From an uncultured Bacilli bacterium (lineage in GTDB: Bacteria > Bacillota_I > Bacilli_A > RF39 > UBA660), in the NCBI GenBank assembly GCA_947632395.1, contig CANRPA010000004.1:1-61752 (forward strand): DNA of 61,752 bases, in the 5' to 3' direction. The position numbers and the translations under genes were made by a program. Positions 1 through 10,791 of the stretch are shown here, piece by piece (within the stretch, counting starts at the first letter, position 1; each line of letters opens with the position of its first letter). The notes under the pieces were generated by a model. That model was not told where the DNA came from and did not search any database. It saw only the letters and a program-made list of their open reading frames with translations.

Positions 1-473
<473 letters not shown>

Positions 474-490
474 TCAACTCCTTTTCCTAC

Positions 491-537
491 AAAAAAGGGA
501 GTCAAAAATATTAGTTCAAACTAATACCTTTGACTCC
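491..537 (-). terminator. Intrinsic terminator ~24 nt upstream of the recombinase start
   Basis: GGAGTCAAA...TTTGACTCC stem with inner TATTAG/CTAATA stem, followed by a TTTTTT tract on the minus strand. Confidence 0.8.
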
Positions 538-582
538 ACTTAATTTCATATTATATTTTTTATTAATTGTATTTTTGACCAT
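511..582 (-). CDS. Putative 23-aa leader peptide MVKNTINKKYNMKLSGVKGISLN
   Basis: AAGGAGGT RBS 5 nt upstream of the ATG; stop codon lies inside the terminator hairpin. Confidence 0.6.
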   Translation of the reverse strand: MVKNTINKKYNMKLSGVKGISLN

Positions 583-637
583 AGCGTACCTCCTTTTTAA
601 TAAAAAACGGATACTTCTTGTCATTTATTGGTTTTAT

Positions 638-666
638 ATAATATACTTAAAAATTTATTTTGTCAA
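638..666 (-). promoter_or_regulatory. SigA-type promoter for the leader and recombinase
   Basis: TTGACA-17 nt-TATTAT. Confidence 0.7.
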
Positions 667-688
667 TTCCCTGATTAGGGTATAGATA

Positions 689-961
689 TTAGTTATGTTT
701 TAAATAGTTTTCTAATTCAGATAATTTAATCTTATTATTTAAGTTTTCAATAAATATCTCATTATAATAATTAAAGGCAAGAAAAGTTACATCATTAATT
801 ATTATTCTATGTGGCTCTAGATAAGTAAGATTAGTTTTATCTATTATTCTTAAATTACCATTAATAATAGTTGGTTTAACTTTACAAAACTCACATATAA
901 ATTCTAATCTCTTTCTTAATGATTCTTCCATTTTAATTTCTTGCTTAATAACATTTACCAT
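689..961 (-). CDS. Hypothetical protein (element-borne)
   Basis: 90-aa ORF with AAAGGA RBS; no family recognised. Confidence 0.7.
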   Translation of the reverse strand: MVNVIKQEIKMEESLRKRLEFICEFCKVKPTIINGNLRIIDKTNLTYLEPHRIIINDVTFLAFNYYNEIFIENLNNKIKLSELENYLKHN

Positions 962-1079
962 TTAACCAATCCTTTCTTTGAAAGATTCTTTTCTAAACAA
1001 GAAAAAAATCAATCCATTTTAGAATTGATTGTCTATTTATTCTCGAAACTTTATAAAAAAGTTCGAGCGGATTTCCCTA

Positions 1080-1164
1080 TGGTGCAAGAAAGGAGATTTG
1101 AACTCCCACGACTATTAATCACTACCCCCTCAAAGTAGCGCGTCTACCATTCCGCCATTCTTGC
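1080..1164 (-). tRNA. tRNA-Leu(GAG)
   Basis: Cloverleaf, anticodon loop TTGAGGG, long variable arm, CCA end. Confidence 0.95.
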
Positions 1165-1189
1165 AAACAAAAAGTTAATAAAAATAAAA

Positions 1190-1265
1190 TGGTGCTGAAA
1201 ATAGGACTTGAACCTACGACCTACTCTTTACGAGGGAGTTGCTCTACCAACTGAGCTATTTCAGC
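1190..1265 (-). tRNA. tRNA-Thr(CGT)
   Basis: Anticodon loop CTCGTAA, CCA end. Confidence 0.95.
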
Positions 1266-1266
1266 A

Positions 1267-1341
1267 TGGTTACCCCAGTAAGATTCGAACTTACGCATGG
1301 TGGAGTCAGAGTCCACTGCCTTACCGCTTGGCTATGGGGCA
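1267..1341 (-). tRNA. tRNA-Gln(CTG)
   Basis: GTGGA-CTCTGAC-TCCAC anticodon arm, CCA end. Confidence 0.95.
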
Positions 1342-1507
1342 ATCTCATATTAAAATTATACTATCATTAATTTAAGTTTTCAAGTAGTTTTATATTTTTT
1401 TGTAAATGACTTACTTATATTATTTTACATATATATTATACAAGAGTTAATTATATCCATAAATAATAAAAAAATCGATGATATAAAATCAACGATTAAT
1501 AATCATA

Positions 1508-1584
1508 TGGTGACCGGTACGGGATTCGGACCCGTGAGTGCATGCGTGAAAGGCATGTGTGTTAAGCCGCTTCACCAACCGGCC
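1508..1584 (-). tRNA. tRNA-Glu(TTC)
   Basis: CATGC-CTTTCAC-GCATG anticodon arm; T-loop reads TCCGAAT. Confidence 0.92.
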
Positions 1585-1590
1585 ATAAGA

Positions 1591-1667
1591 TGGTGGGCCT
1601 GGATGGACTTGAACCATCGACCTCTCGCTTATCAGACGAACGCTCTAACCAGCTGAGCTACAAGCCC
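1591..1667 (-). tRNA. tRNA-Ile(GAT)
   Basis: Anticodon loop CTGATAA, CCA end. Confidence 0.95.
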
Positions 1668-1763
1668 GTCAAAAAGATATGACTCTATAAGTATATCTTA
1701 ATTTTGTTAAATTTACAATAGTTTTTTGTCATTTTTTTACTTTTTTATAAACTATTAGTAAAT

Positions 1764-3101
1764 TTAATTTCTATTTTTGACAGATTTTAACATCTTTTTC
1801 CATAATTTAGATGAAGAATAATTAAGAATTCCTACTTTATATATTCTTAGACCATACTTAATTAATAAATATAAAGTACCAATCATTATTAAAATTGAAA
1901 TTATAATTTCCATTATTCCTATTTGACCAAGCACAAATAATGAAGGAGATAATAATGCAGAAATAAGTGGTATAAATGATAATATTTTTATAAATAATGA
2001 ACCTTTAAACATTCCTGCCATCATTGCTAAATAATATCCTAAAAGTAATATAACCATTATTGGTGTTTGAAGTTGTTGAAAATCTTCTGGATTAGTAGTC
2101 ATTGATGCTAAAATTGCTGCAATTAATGAATATGCAATAAATGTAAGAATCATTAAAATAAGTGTGAATATTATAATTAATGCTAATTTGTCCCCCATTG
2201 AACCAGTTGTCAATGCATTCAAAGTTTTCCCTACTTCACTTCCTACACCATTTAATATTGAATCTCCACCTAATGCCTTTCTTACTATAAATCCAATTAC
2301 AACATATATCACCAACAAAATTCCTTGAATTAACAAAAATAAATTGTTTGCTATAATTTTTGAAGCAAGATGAACTTTTGGAGATACATTTGATATAATT
2401 ATTTCCATACTTCTAGTTGATTTTTCATCAGTAATTTCAGATCCAATGAATTGAACTAATAATAGTGTAAGCATAAAGAATGGTAATATAATTGCTGGAA
2501 ATACTGTAGTCATTATCATACTTACATCCTCATCTTCACTCGTTATATTTTCATCAATTATTTCTCGTTCAATTTCAATAGGAGTCGTAAGTTTATTAAA
2601 TTGTTCTTCAGTAAGTCCTATACTTTCCATTGTATAAAAACTAGTTGATTGCGTAATTGCACTTGAAATAATTTGGTAATCAACTGTATCCATTGTAGAA
2701 AGTGATATTAATTTAGAACCTATTTCATTTGATTCATTCTTATTATATATATCAACAATAATTGATGATTTTTCCTCATCCGTTACCAATTGTTTTAATT
2801 CATCTATTGATTTGTCAGAATTTATAATTTCAAAGTGTTCATCACCTTCATATATAGATCCTTCTAATACTTTCATAGATTCATTAAAAGTATCAAATAT
2901 TTCACCTGTTTCATCAATTAAATATATTTTACTTTTTTCATCAAAATCTCCACCAAAAAATGTAATAATACTATCGATATTAATTATACCAATAATAACT
3001 AGTGCGATTATTACATTTGCTATCATAAACCATTTTGTTTTAGTTTTCTTTTTTAAACTTGAACTTATCAAAAACTTTAATTTATTTTTCATATGATTCA
3101 C
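1764..3101 (-). CDS. ABC-2 transporter permease (NatB/YhaP-like)
   Basis: N-terminal TM, large extracellular loop, EK..RSMEII motif, six C-terminal TMs. Confidence 0.85.
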   Translation of the reverse strand: MNHMKNKLKFLISSSLKKKTKTKWFMIANVIIALVIIGIINIDSIITFFGGDFDEKSKIYLIDETGEIFDTFNESMKVLEGSIYEGDEHFEIINSDKSIDELKQLVTDEEKSSIIVDIYNKNESNEIGSKLISLSTMDTVDYQIISSAITQSTSFYTMESIGLTEEQFNKLTTPIEIEREIIDENITSEDEDVSMIMTTVFPAIILPFFMLTLLLVQFIGSEITDEKSTRSMEIIISNVSPKVHLASKIIANNLFLLIQGILLVIYVVIGFIVRKALGGDSILNGVGSEVGKTLNALTTGSMGDKLALIIIFTLILMILTFIAYSLIAAILASMTTNPEDFQQLQTPIMVILLLGYYLAMMAGMFKGSLFIKILSFIPLISALLSPSLFVLGQIGIMEIIISILIMIGTLYLLIKYGLRIYKVGILNYSSSKLWKKMLKSVKNRN

Positions 3102-3984
3102 CTACTTTTGAAATAAATATATCATTTAAACTTGGTTCTTCAACTATAAATTTTGTAACATTACTGCACTCACTAATATATTTAAATACATCATTTACTA
3201 TATCTTTAGATTTTATAACAATATTGATTTCATCATCACTCTTTTGAATAACTTTTTCAACACCATTTATTTCTTGTAATTTATTCAAATTAATATCGCC
3301 TTTTAATATAATATTTTTCTTTTGATATTTTTCTTTTATTTCTTTAATATTTCCTGAAAGGACAGTTTTTCCATTTACAAGAATTACTAATTTTTTACAA
3401 AAGAGTTCTACATGATCCATTCTGTGTGAAGAAAATATTATCATACTTCCTTTTTTAGATAAATCTAAAATTTCTTCCTTAAATAATTCAATATTAAATG
3501 GATCTAATCCTGAAAAAGGTTCATCTAATATAAGTAATTTTGGCTCATTTATTATTGCTAATATAAATTGAATTTTTTGTTGATTTCCTTTAGATAATTC
3601 TTTAATTTTTTTGTCTTTATAATTTGTTATATCAAATTTTTCAAGTAGGTAATCTAATCTTTCTAATATTTTTTCTTCACTCATTCCTTTTAGAGTTCCA
3701 AAATATATTGCTTGTTCACGAACTGTTAATTTTGTAAGTAAACTTCTCTCTTCAGTTAAAAATCCTATATTATCCGTAACAGAATAATCTATATTTTTAC
3801 CATCTAGTGTAATTTTACCATCAGTCTTATCAAGAAGTCCCATAATCATCCTAAATGTAGTAGTCTTACCTGCTCCATTTACACCTAGTAAACCAAAAAT
3901 TTCTCCCTCTTTAACATCAAAAGACAAATCATCTACTGCTTTAAAATTTCCATAATATTTTGTTACATGTTCTACCTTTAACAT
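3082..3984 (-). CDS. ABC transporter ATP-binding protein (NatA/YhaQ-like)
   Basis: Walker A GVNGAGKTT, signature LSKGNQQ, Walker B LILDEP. Confidence 0.93.
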   Translation of the reverse strand: MLKVEHVTKYYGNFKAVDDLSFDVKEGEIFGLLGVNGAGKTTTFRMIMGLLDKTDGKITLDGKNIDYSVTDNIGFLTEERSLLTKLTVREQAIYFGTLKGMSEEKILERLDYLLEKFDITNYKDKKIKELSKGNQQKIQFILAIINEPKLLILDEPFSGLDPFNIELFKEEILDLSKKGSMIIFSSHRMDHVELFCKKLVILVNGKTVLSGNIKEIKEKYQKKNIILKGDINLNKLQEINGVEKVIQKSDDEINIVIKSKDIVNDVFKYISECSNVTKFIVEEPSLNDIFISKVGESYEK

Positions 3985-3996
3985 ATTGTATCACTC

Positions 3997-5256
3997 CTAA
4001 AATAACTTTATTATATCATTATAAGTTACAAGCACCATCAGTATCATAAGTAATATAAATCCTATATTGTGAATCATATTTTCTACTTTTGGATTTACTT
4101 TACTTCCTTTAATTTTTTCTATTATTATAAATAATACATGTCCTCCATCAAACGCTGGAAGTGGTAATAAATTTATAAATCCAACATTTACACAAATCAA
4201 ACATAATAATGAAATTAAACTAAAGAATCCATAACTTGAATACACACTAACTGCATTAAATATTCCAACAGGTCCTGATAACATACTTAAACTAATTTTA
4301 CCTGTTACTAAATAAAATACAGTAAATATCATTTGTTCTATTACACTAATAAACTTTAATATTGAATATTTAAGTGCTTCAAAAAAACCTTTAACTTTTT
4401 TACCTTTTATTGCAAATCCATAACTATAACCTTTCAATTCATCATTTTCCTTTTCTGTTGCTTTTATAGTTACTATTTTCTCATTGCCATTTTTGTCATT
4501 AATAGTTAAATTAAATTTGCTATCGTTTATTTTATATAATGCATCCAATAAATTTAAATATGAATTTATCTCTAAATCATTAATTTTTATTATTGTATCA
4601 TCTTTAGATAAATTATCAATATTTGAACTTTTAATTGTTAAATCATTAACTTCAAATCCGTAATCTAATCCATATAATAAATTGGATTTACCAACTTTTA
4701 TTGGATTTACTTTAACATCTTTTGTTCCTTCACTATTTTTTACAGTCATTGTAAATTCATTTTCACCTGCAATAGTCATTTCGAGTGCAAGTTTATCATA
4801 ATTATTTACAAAATGATTATTAATTGCTACTACCTTGTCATTATCCTTTAATCCTTCTACAGAAATATTTTGAACATAAACATTATCTATTGATACTGTA
4901 CTAAATAATCCTATAACAAAATATAAAACAATAGCAAGTAAAAAATTCATCATAACACCTGCTACCATTATTAATAATCTTTGGTATGCTTTTTTTGAAT
5001 CAAGTCTTTTTTCTTTAGGTATTTTTTCATCTACCTCTATCTCTTCACCTGCCATTTGAACAAAGCCACCTATTGGTAAAAGTCTTATACAATAATCTGT
5101 TTCATCATTTTTTCTATTAAATTTAAATAACTTTGGACCCATTCCTATTGAAAATTCATATACATAAACCCCAAATTTCTTAGCAAATATAAAATGTCCT
5201 AATTCATGTATAAAAACTGTTATACCTAATATTAAAATAAAATATATAATTGTCAT
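3997..5256 (-). CDS. rseP: RIP metalloprotease RseP/RasP
   Basis: HELGH, PDZ-like region, NLLPLPAFDGG. Confidence 0.95.
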   Translation of the reverse strand: MTIIYFILILGITVFIHELGHFIFAKKFGVYVYEFSIGMGPKLFKFNRKNDETDYCIRLLPIGGFVQMAGEEIEVDEKIPKEKRLDSKKAYQRLLIMVAGVMMNFLLAIVLYFVIGLFSTVSIDNVYVQNISVEGLKDNDKVVAINNHFVNNYDKLALEMTIAGENEFTMTVKNSEGTKDVKVNPIKVGKSNLLYGLDYGFEVNDLTIKSSNIDNLSKDDTIIKINDLEINSYLNLLDALYKINDSKFNLTINDKNGNEKIVTIKATEKENDELKGYSYGFAIKGKKVKGFFEALKYSILKFISVIEQMIFTVFYLVTGKISLSMLSGPVGIFNAVSVYSSYGFFSLISLLCLICVNVGFINLLPLPAFDGGHVLFIIIEKIKGSKVNPKVENMIHNIGFILLMILMVLVTYNDIIKLF

Positions 5257-5277
5257 TTGATTTCTCCTTTATATTAA

Positions 5278-6078
5278 TTATATGAAAAAAGTAAATGCTA
5301 GAAGTACAAATATTATACTATCTAGTCTATCTAAAACTCCACCATGCCCTGGCATTATTTTAGAAAAATCTTTTATTTTATATTTTCTTTTTATACTTGA
5401 AAAAAATAAATCTCCAAATTGACCGACTATACTTAAAAATAGTACTATTATAGCAATTTTAAATATAGAAGCAGTAGTATCTACAACTGTTATATAATAA
5501 ACTGTACATACAAAAGTTGCAACTAGACTTCCACCTATTGTTCCTTCCCATGTTTTATTAGGTGAAACTACTTCAAGCAATTTATTTTTCCCTATCAATT
5601 TACCTATAAAAAACGCGTATGAATCTGTTACTATGGTTATCAAAAATAAGAAAATTAATATTTTTAAATCAATACTCCTATATATATAAAATAGTGACAT
5701 AGCGTATCCTAAAAATAAAGTACCACCAAGTAAATAAAACGCATCAGTTACTCCATATTTTTTATCATCATGATATAAAACAACAGGAAGTAATAAAATT
5801 AAAAATACTCCTGGTAATAATCTATTATCTAAACTTAGTGACAAATCATTATTCAATGTATTTTTAAAATAAATAAGAGTTATTAATAAGTAAGTTATAA
5901 ATCTCATAAAATCAGGTATTGCTTTTACATTTTGTCTAGCTTTCATAAATTCTCTAATTGCAAGTATAGTAAGTATAAAAAATGTTATATTAAAGGCTAA
6001 ATCACCTACTATAATAATTGGTATAAATATTAAAGCAGCAACTAATGCACTAATTACTCTTTGTTTCATATATAACAC
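5278..6078 (-). CDS. cdsA: Phosphatidate cytidylyltransferase
   Basis: SPNKTWEG and KDFSKIMPGHGGVLDRLDS motifs. Confidence 0.95.
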   Translation of the reverse strand: MLYMKQRVISALVAALIFIPIIIVGDLAFNITFFILTILAIREFMKARQNVKAIPDFMRFITYLLITLIYFKNTLNNDLSLSLDNRLLPGVFLILLLPVVLYHDDKKYGVTDAFYLLGGTLFLGYAMSLFYIYRSIDLKILIFLFLITIVTDSYAFFIGKLIGKNKLLEVVSPNKTWEGTIGGSLVATFVCTVYYITVVDTTASIFKIAIIVLFLSIVGQFGDLFFSSIKRKYKIKDFSKIMPGHGGVLDRLDSIIFVLLAFTFFI

Positions 6079-6157
6079 ATCCTAATCTACTTATATATTA
6101 TAATATATATTCTAATTTAATTCAATAAATAATGAAAAAAAATGGATTAAACCATTT

Positions 6158-6412
6158 TTATAATGAATCAATATTTATTCTAACTCTACCAAGTTTTTTA
6201 TTATAAGAAGCTGCTTGAACTATAGTCCTAATTGAATTAGCAATATTTCCACCTTTTCCTATAATAGTACTTATAACATCAGATGGAACCAATACTTTAA
6301 TAACTGTATCAGATTCTGAATCTATTTGTTCTATTTTAATATCAACATTACTTGGCAATAATTCCTTAACTAAATATTCAGTTAAATTTTTTAAACTCTC
6401 TTTTTCGTTCAT
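6158..6412 (-). CDS. khpA: KH-domain RNA-binding protein KhpA/YlqC
   Basis: IIGKGG KH motif; follows rpsP. Confidence 0.85.
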   Translation of the reverse strand: MNEKESLKNLTEYLVKELLPSNVDIKIEQIDSESDTVIKVLVPSDVISTIIGKGGNIANSIRTIVQAASYNKKLGRVRINIDSL

Positions 6413-6424
6413 ATTTTACCTGCT

Positions 6425-6706
6425 TTACTTACTTTTTTTAGAATTTTTTTCTTCATGGAACTCTTTTAAAATTCCTTGTTTGCTTAAAATATCTCTAACT
6501 GTATCAGTAGGAGTAGCTCCATTTCTTAACCATTTCATTGCAAGTTCTTTATCAACTTCAATTTTTGTTGGTGTTTCAATTGGATTATAATATCCTATTT
6601 CCTCTATAAATCTTCCATCTCTTGGAAATCTAGAATCAGCAACAACTATACGATAAAAAGGTCTTTTCTTTGCTCCCATTCTTTTCAATCTAATTTTAAC
6701 TGCCAT
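6425..6706 (-). CDS. rpsP: 30S ribosomal protein S16
   Basis: [26 protein letters not shown]. Confidence 0.99.
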   Translation of the reverse strand: MAVKIRLKRMGAKKRPFYRIVVADSRFPRDGRFIEEIGYYNPIETPTKIEVDKELAMKWLRNGATPTDTVRDILSKQGILKEFHEEKNSKKSK

Positions 6707-6801
6707 TTTAGCACCTCCTCTTTAACTACATATAATAATATCAATTTTTCTACATGTTGTCAACCTTTTTAGGTTAACAAAATAAAAAAGTACTACTAGT
6801 A

Positions 6802-7332
6802 CTAATTTATGAAATCCTCTTTGACTTCATCAATTTCTTTTTCATCTTTTTCACTTAATTCATCATCTATTTCATCCCAAGGTTCTTCATCTTCTTCGAT
6901 TGCAATCTTAACCTTAGTTTCTCCAACAACTTCAACCCCTAATTCTTTTTCAATATCAAATACTATATTTTTATCATTTATATTTACACCAGTACAATTA
7001 GGTTGTTTAAGAGTTCTTACTATTATATCAGTATCACTTGTAAGATCTGTATTTTCTTTTAATTTAACATTAAATAAATCATTATAAGATATATTTTTAT
7101 TAACTACTGCAGTTTTAGAATCATTATCATATGAATACCATACATTCACATCATATGAACCACTAACTCCTATTTTATCATTAGTTTTAAATCCTTTAAA
7201 CTTGTGATTTATTACCCAACACCCAAGTATTGTTGTAGGAACATTTTCACAGCTTATGCTGTAATTATCTTTAAAATATTTTTTCCCTTTACCAATTATA
7301 GCTTTAGTAACAATTTCTTTATATAATGACAT
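6802..7332 (-). CDS. cotE: Outer spore coat morphogenetic protein CotE
   Basis: YKEIVTKAIIGKG, ILGCWVINH, GSYDVNVWYSY, ELGVEVVGETK, acidic tail; GCATATATT SigE-like -10 at 7353-7361. Confidence 0.9.
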   Translation of the reverse strand: MSLYKEIVTKAIIGKGKKYFKDNYSISCENVPTTILGCWVINHKFKGFKTNDKIGVSGSYDVNVWYSYDNDSKTAVVNKNISYNDLFNVKLKENTDLTSDTDIIVRTLKQPNCTGVNINDKNIVFDIEKELGVEVVGETKVKIAIEEDEEPWDEIDDELSEKDEKEIDEVKEDFIN

Positions 7333-7402
7333 ATATATGCCCTCCTCACTTTAATATATGCAAAAAAGATATAAAAGTACACAAAAAAAGAGTTTAAAAC
7401 TC

Positions 7403-8689
7403 TTAAAAATTATAATCTAATGGAGTATCTAAATCTGTATCTAAATCGGTTTCTGTTGTACTATCATATTGCATAAGATAATCTTCAATACTCATAGTAG
7501 CATTTAATGCCTCTTCAGGAATTTCTACTTTTGTACTATTAAAGTCTTTAAATTCTATACTTAATTCTGCTTTATTTATATCATCCATATCTACATATTT
7601 TGCTAAATCAATTGATATTTTTGATATTTCATTAAATTCGTTTATATAAATATCTATTTCTAGTTTTTTAACTTTACCTGTTTTTATAGCCTCTATTGCT
7701 TCATCTATTGATTCTACATCTTCTATTTCTAAATTATTTTTAGCATTTTCAAAAAATTTTTCATCTATTATAAATACATAATGACTTAATGTATTATCTT
7801 TTTCAATTAATTTAAAATGTTCTGAATCAATTACTTTATCTAAATTAACTGTTTGTTTTGAATTAGATGTTTTTGATATTTCGTCAAAAACGTCTTCAAA
7901 ACCATCAAGCTCTTGTCTATATATTAACCAAGTATCTGAATTTAATTCAGTATTTCCAACTATAATATCAAGTGTTTTTGAATTAATATAATTAGTTATA
8001 CTATCTTTATTTAACACTGAATATATATTCATTTCATCAAATAATGCTGATTTATTTAGTCTAATATTTAATTTATAATCATCATTGTATTTTTGATAAA
8101 GAAAACTTGCTGATAAATTAACAACATCATGAGTTGAACTTTCAATTTGAAGTGTTGCAGTTACAGTGCCACTTTCATTACCTTTATTTGAAAAATTACC
8201 TACTGCTTTTTCTAAAACTGAAACACTACCTTTTGAACTTCTATTTTTACCAAATGACATAAAAGCTAAAATATTTATTACTGCTATAAGAATTATTGCT
8301 AAAACAATTAATATAACTTTAGTTGATGATTTATTTTTTTTGACATTTTTAGGTTGTTCTACTTCCATAGGTGTTGATGATTGTAATGGTTCAAATTCTA
8401 ATTTAATGTCATTACTATTTAAATCAGTTTTATCTTTTTCAATTTTAGTATCATTACTATTTAAATCAGTTTCATCTTTTTCAATTTTGATATCATTACT
8501 ATTCTCTACTAATTCAGTATTAAAATTTTTTTCTTCTGTGTTTTCTAAATTTAATCCATCTTCTTTTAAATCATAATTTTTTTCATTATCTGTAGTATTT
8601 AAAGAGTCTTCCCTCTCTATAAGTTGGCCACAATATCCACAAAATTTAGAATTTTCAGATATTTCATTACCACATTTTTTACATAACAT
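7403..8689 (-). CDS. Zinc-ribbon membrane protein with a large extracellular domain
   Basis: N-terminal CKKC...CGYC, acidic linker, single TM. Confidence 0.8.
   Translation of the reverse strand: MLCKKCGNEISENSKFCGYCGQLIEREDSLNTTDNEKNYDLKEDGLNLENTEEKNFNTELVENSNDIKIEKDETDLNSNDTKIEKDKTDLNSNDIKLEFEPLQSSTPMEVEQPKNVKKNKSSTKVILIVLAIILIAVINILAFMSFGKNRSSKGSVSVLEKAVGNFSNKGNESGTVTATLQIESSTHDVVNLSASFLYQKYNDDYKLNIRLNKSALFDEMNIYSVLNKDSITNYINSKTLDIIVGNTELNSDTWLIYRQELDGFEDVFDEISKTSNSKQTVNLDKVIDSEHFKLIEKDNTLSHYVFIIDEKFFENAKNNLEIEDVESIDEAIEAIKTGKVKKLEIDIYINEFNEISKISIDLAKYVDMDDINKAELSIEFKDFNSTKVEIPEEALNATMSIEDYLMQYDSTTETDLDTDLDTPLDYNF
8409..8503. repeat. 42-bp intragenic tandem repeat, ~2.3 copies
   Basis: tcattactatttaaatcagtt... 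recurs at 8409, 8451 and partially at 8493. Confidence 0.9.
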
Positions 8690-8758
8690 TACTAGTCACT
8701 CCTCTATATTTTCTATACCAGTATATCATATTTTATTTTAAAGGTCAAAGAAATATTA

Positions 8759-10543
8759 TCATTTATTAAATTTTTTATTGTATTCTTGTAAAAAGTTATA
8801 TAAATTATTTGCAACACTATTAGGTAAAATTTTCTCTAACTCATCTTTACTTGCCATACTCATCTTATTTATAGTTTTATATTTTTTTAACAATTCTTTT
8901 TTTCTTTTATCTCCTATACCTTCAACATTATCTAAAATACTAGAAATTGATCCTTTACTTCTTATTTGTTTATGATAATTTATTGTAAATTCATGTACTT
9001 CATCTTGCATTCTTTCAAGTAAATAAAATAAATTACTTTTTTTGTCTATGTTTAATTCTTTTATTGGGTTACCTGCTAAAAGAGCGCTAGTTGTATGTTT
9101 ATCATCTTTTTTTAATCCAACTACTGGAATATCCATGCATAAACTATTTATTACACTTCTAGCAACATTTATTTGACCAATACCTCCATCAACTATTATC
9201 AAATCAGGTTTCTCTAAATTATCTTTTAATACTCTAAAATATCTTCTATATATGACCTCTTTCATAGTTCCATAATCATCATTAGTGTCATTACTAATTT
9301 TAAATTTTCTATAATTATTTTTGCTAGGTTTTCCATCTATAAATACAACCATACCAGAAACATTATATGTACCAAAAAGATGTGCATTATCAAATATTTC
9401 TACTCTAGATAATTTATCTAATTTTAATATCTTTCTCAAACTTTCAAAAGCACCCAAAGTTTTTTCTTCATCTTTTTTTATTAGTTCAAATTTTTCATTT
9501 AAAGAAATTTTTGCATTATCACATGCAAGATTTACTAATTTTAATTTTTCACCTTTAATAGGTTTTTTTACATTAACTTCTAAATATTCACTAAGTAATT
9601 TATCATCTACAATATCTGGAACTAATATTTCTTTTGGCTTATTTAAATTAGTATAAAAACGTGCGATATATCTTGTAAGTTCTTCATTTATATCATCAAC
9701 TACATCAAATATTTTTGATTTTCTTTCTACTATCTTTGAACCTCTAATGAAAAATACTTGTATACTTAAATATCCTTTATCAAAATAAAAACCAAATATA
9801 TCTCTATCAATATTATCTTTAAGTTCTACTTCTTGGTTTGTTAGAGTTATAGAAATAAATCCAAGTAAATCTTTATATTCTTTTGCTTTTTCAAAATGTA
9901 ATAAAGAACTTTCATATTCCATTTTTTCTTTTATTTTACTAGTAACTAAACTATGATCTCCTTTAAGAAACTTAATTATTTCAGATTTCATTTCGTTAAT
10001 TTTTTGTTTTTCTACTTTATGAGTACAATAACCTAAACATTCATTTATATGAAAATATAAACAAGGTCTTTTTTCATATGTGCTGCACTTTCTTAAAGGA
10101 TAAATTCTGTTTAATAAATTAACTGTATTCCTTGCAGCAGTTACGTTTGGATATGGTCCATATAAATGTTTTGCTTTTCTTTTTCTGTTTATATTTCGTA
10201 TTACCTTTAAAGTAGGTACATCACTATCAGTAAGTTCTATATATGGATAACTTTTGTCATCTCTAAGTAAAATATTATATTTAGGATCATATTTTTTTAT
10301 TAAATTTATTTCAAGTATCAATGACTCTATTTCACTATTTACAACAATATATTCAAAGTCAACTATTTCACTTACAAGTTTTGCAGTTTTTCCATAATGT
10401 TTACCTCTAAAATATGAATTAACTCTATTTTTTAATTTTTTTGCTTTACCTACATATATAATTACTCCATCTTTATTTTTCATAAGATAGCAACCAGGTT
10501 CCATAGGCAATAATAATAATTTATCTTTAAGTGTTGAAGCCAT
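8759..10543 (-). CDS. uvrC: Excinuclease ABC subunit C
   Basis: GIY-YIG (IYVGKAKKLKNRV), UVR domain, RNase H-like domain, C-terminal HhH. Confidence 0.97.
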   Translation of the reverse strand: MASTLKDKLLLLPMEPGCYLMKNKDGVIIYVGKAKKLKNRVNSYFRGKHYGKTAKLVSEIVDFEYIVVNSEIESLILEINLIKKYDPKYNILLRDDKSYPYIELTDSDVPTLKVIRNINRKRKAKHLYGPYPNVTAARNTVNLLNRIYPLRKCSTYEKRPCLYFHINECLGYCTHKVEKQKINEMKSEIIKFLKGDHSLVTSKIKEKMEYESSLLHFEKAKEYKDLLGFISITLTNQEVELKDNIDRDIFGFYFDKGYLSIQVFFIRGSKIVERKSKIFDVVDDINEELTRYIARFYTNLNKPKEILVPDIVDDKLLSEYLEVNVKKPIKGEKLKLVNLACDNAKISLNEKFELIKKDEEKTLGAFESLRKILKLDKLSRVEIFDNAHLFGTYNVSGMVVFIDGKPSKNNYRKFKISNDTNDDYGTMKEVIYRRYFRVLKDNLEKPDLIIVDGGIGQINVARSVINSLCMDIPVVGLKKDDKHTTSALLAGNPIKELNIDKKSNLFYLLERMQDEVHEFTINYHKQIRSKGSISSILDNVEGIGDKRKKELLKKYKTINKMSMASKDELEKILPNSVANNLYNFLQEYNKKFNK

Positions 10544-10588
10544 ATAAATCACCTATTACATTTTATCATATTTTTAAAAAACAATAAA

Positions 10589-10606
10589 GAGAACCATAAG
10601 GTTCCC
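10589..10606 (-). terminator. Intrinsic terminator between comEC and uvrC
   Basis: GGGAACC-TTAT-GGTTCTC followed by TTTATTGTTTTT. Confidence 0.7.
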
Positions 10607-10791
10607 AAATATATATAAACACCTCACCATTACTTAATAAGTATAGGTAAAGGTGAAGTGTAGCTTTTTATACGCATAACCACTCACTAATAAAAATTTT
10701 CATATTCTAATTTTAGTATATGCATTTTATTTATTTAATATACAATAATTTTTATCCATGTAATAATATTTATATTAATATATTTTTTTGG

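Noticed and set aside
941-1138. Plus-strand 65-aa ORF (likewise 28300-28527)
   Set aside because: Antisense to tRNA genes; spurious.
10591-10604. GAAC...GTTC upstream of uvrC as a LexA box
   Set aside because: The spacer is 6 nt rather than 4, and the palindrome is the terminator stem.
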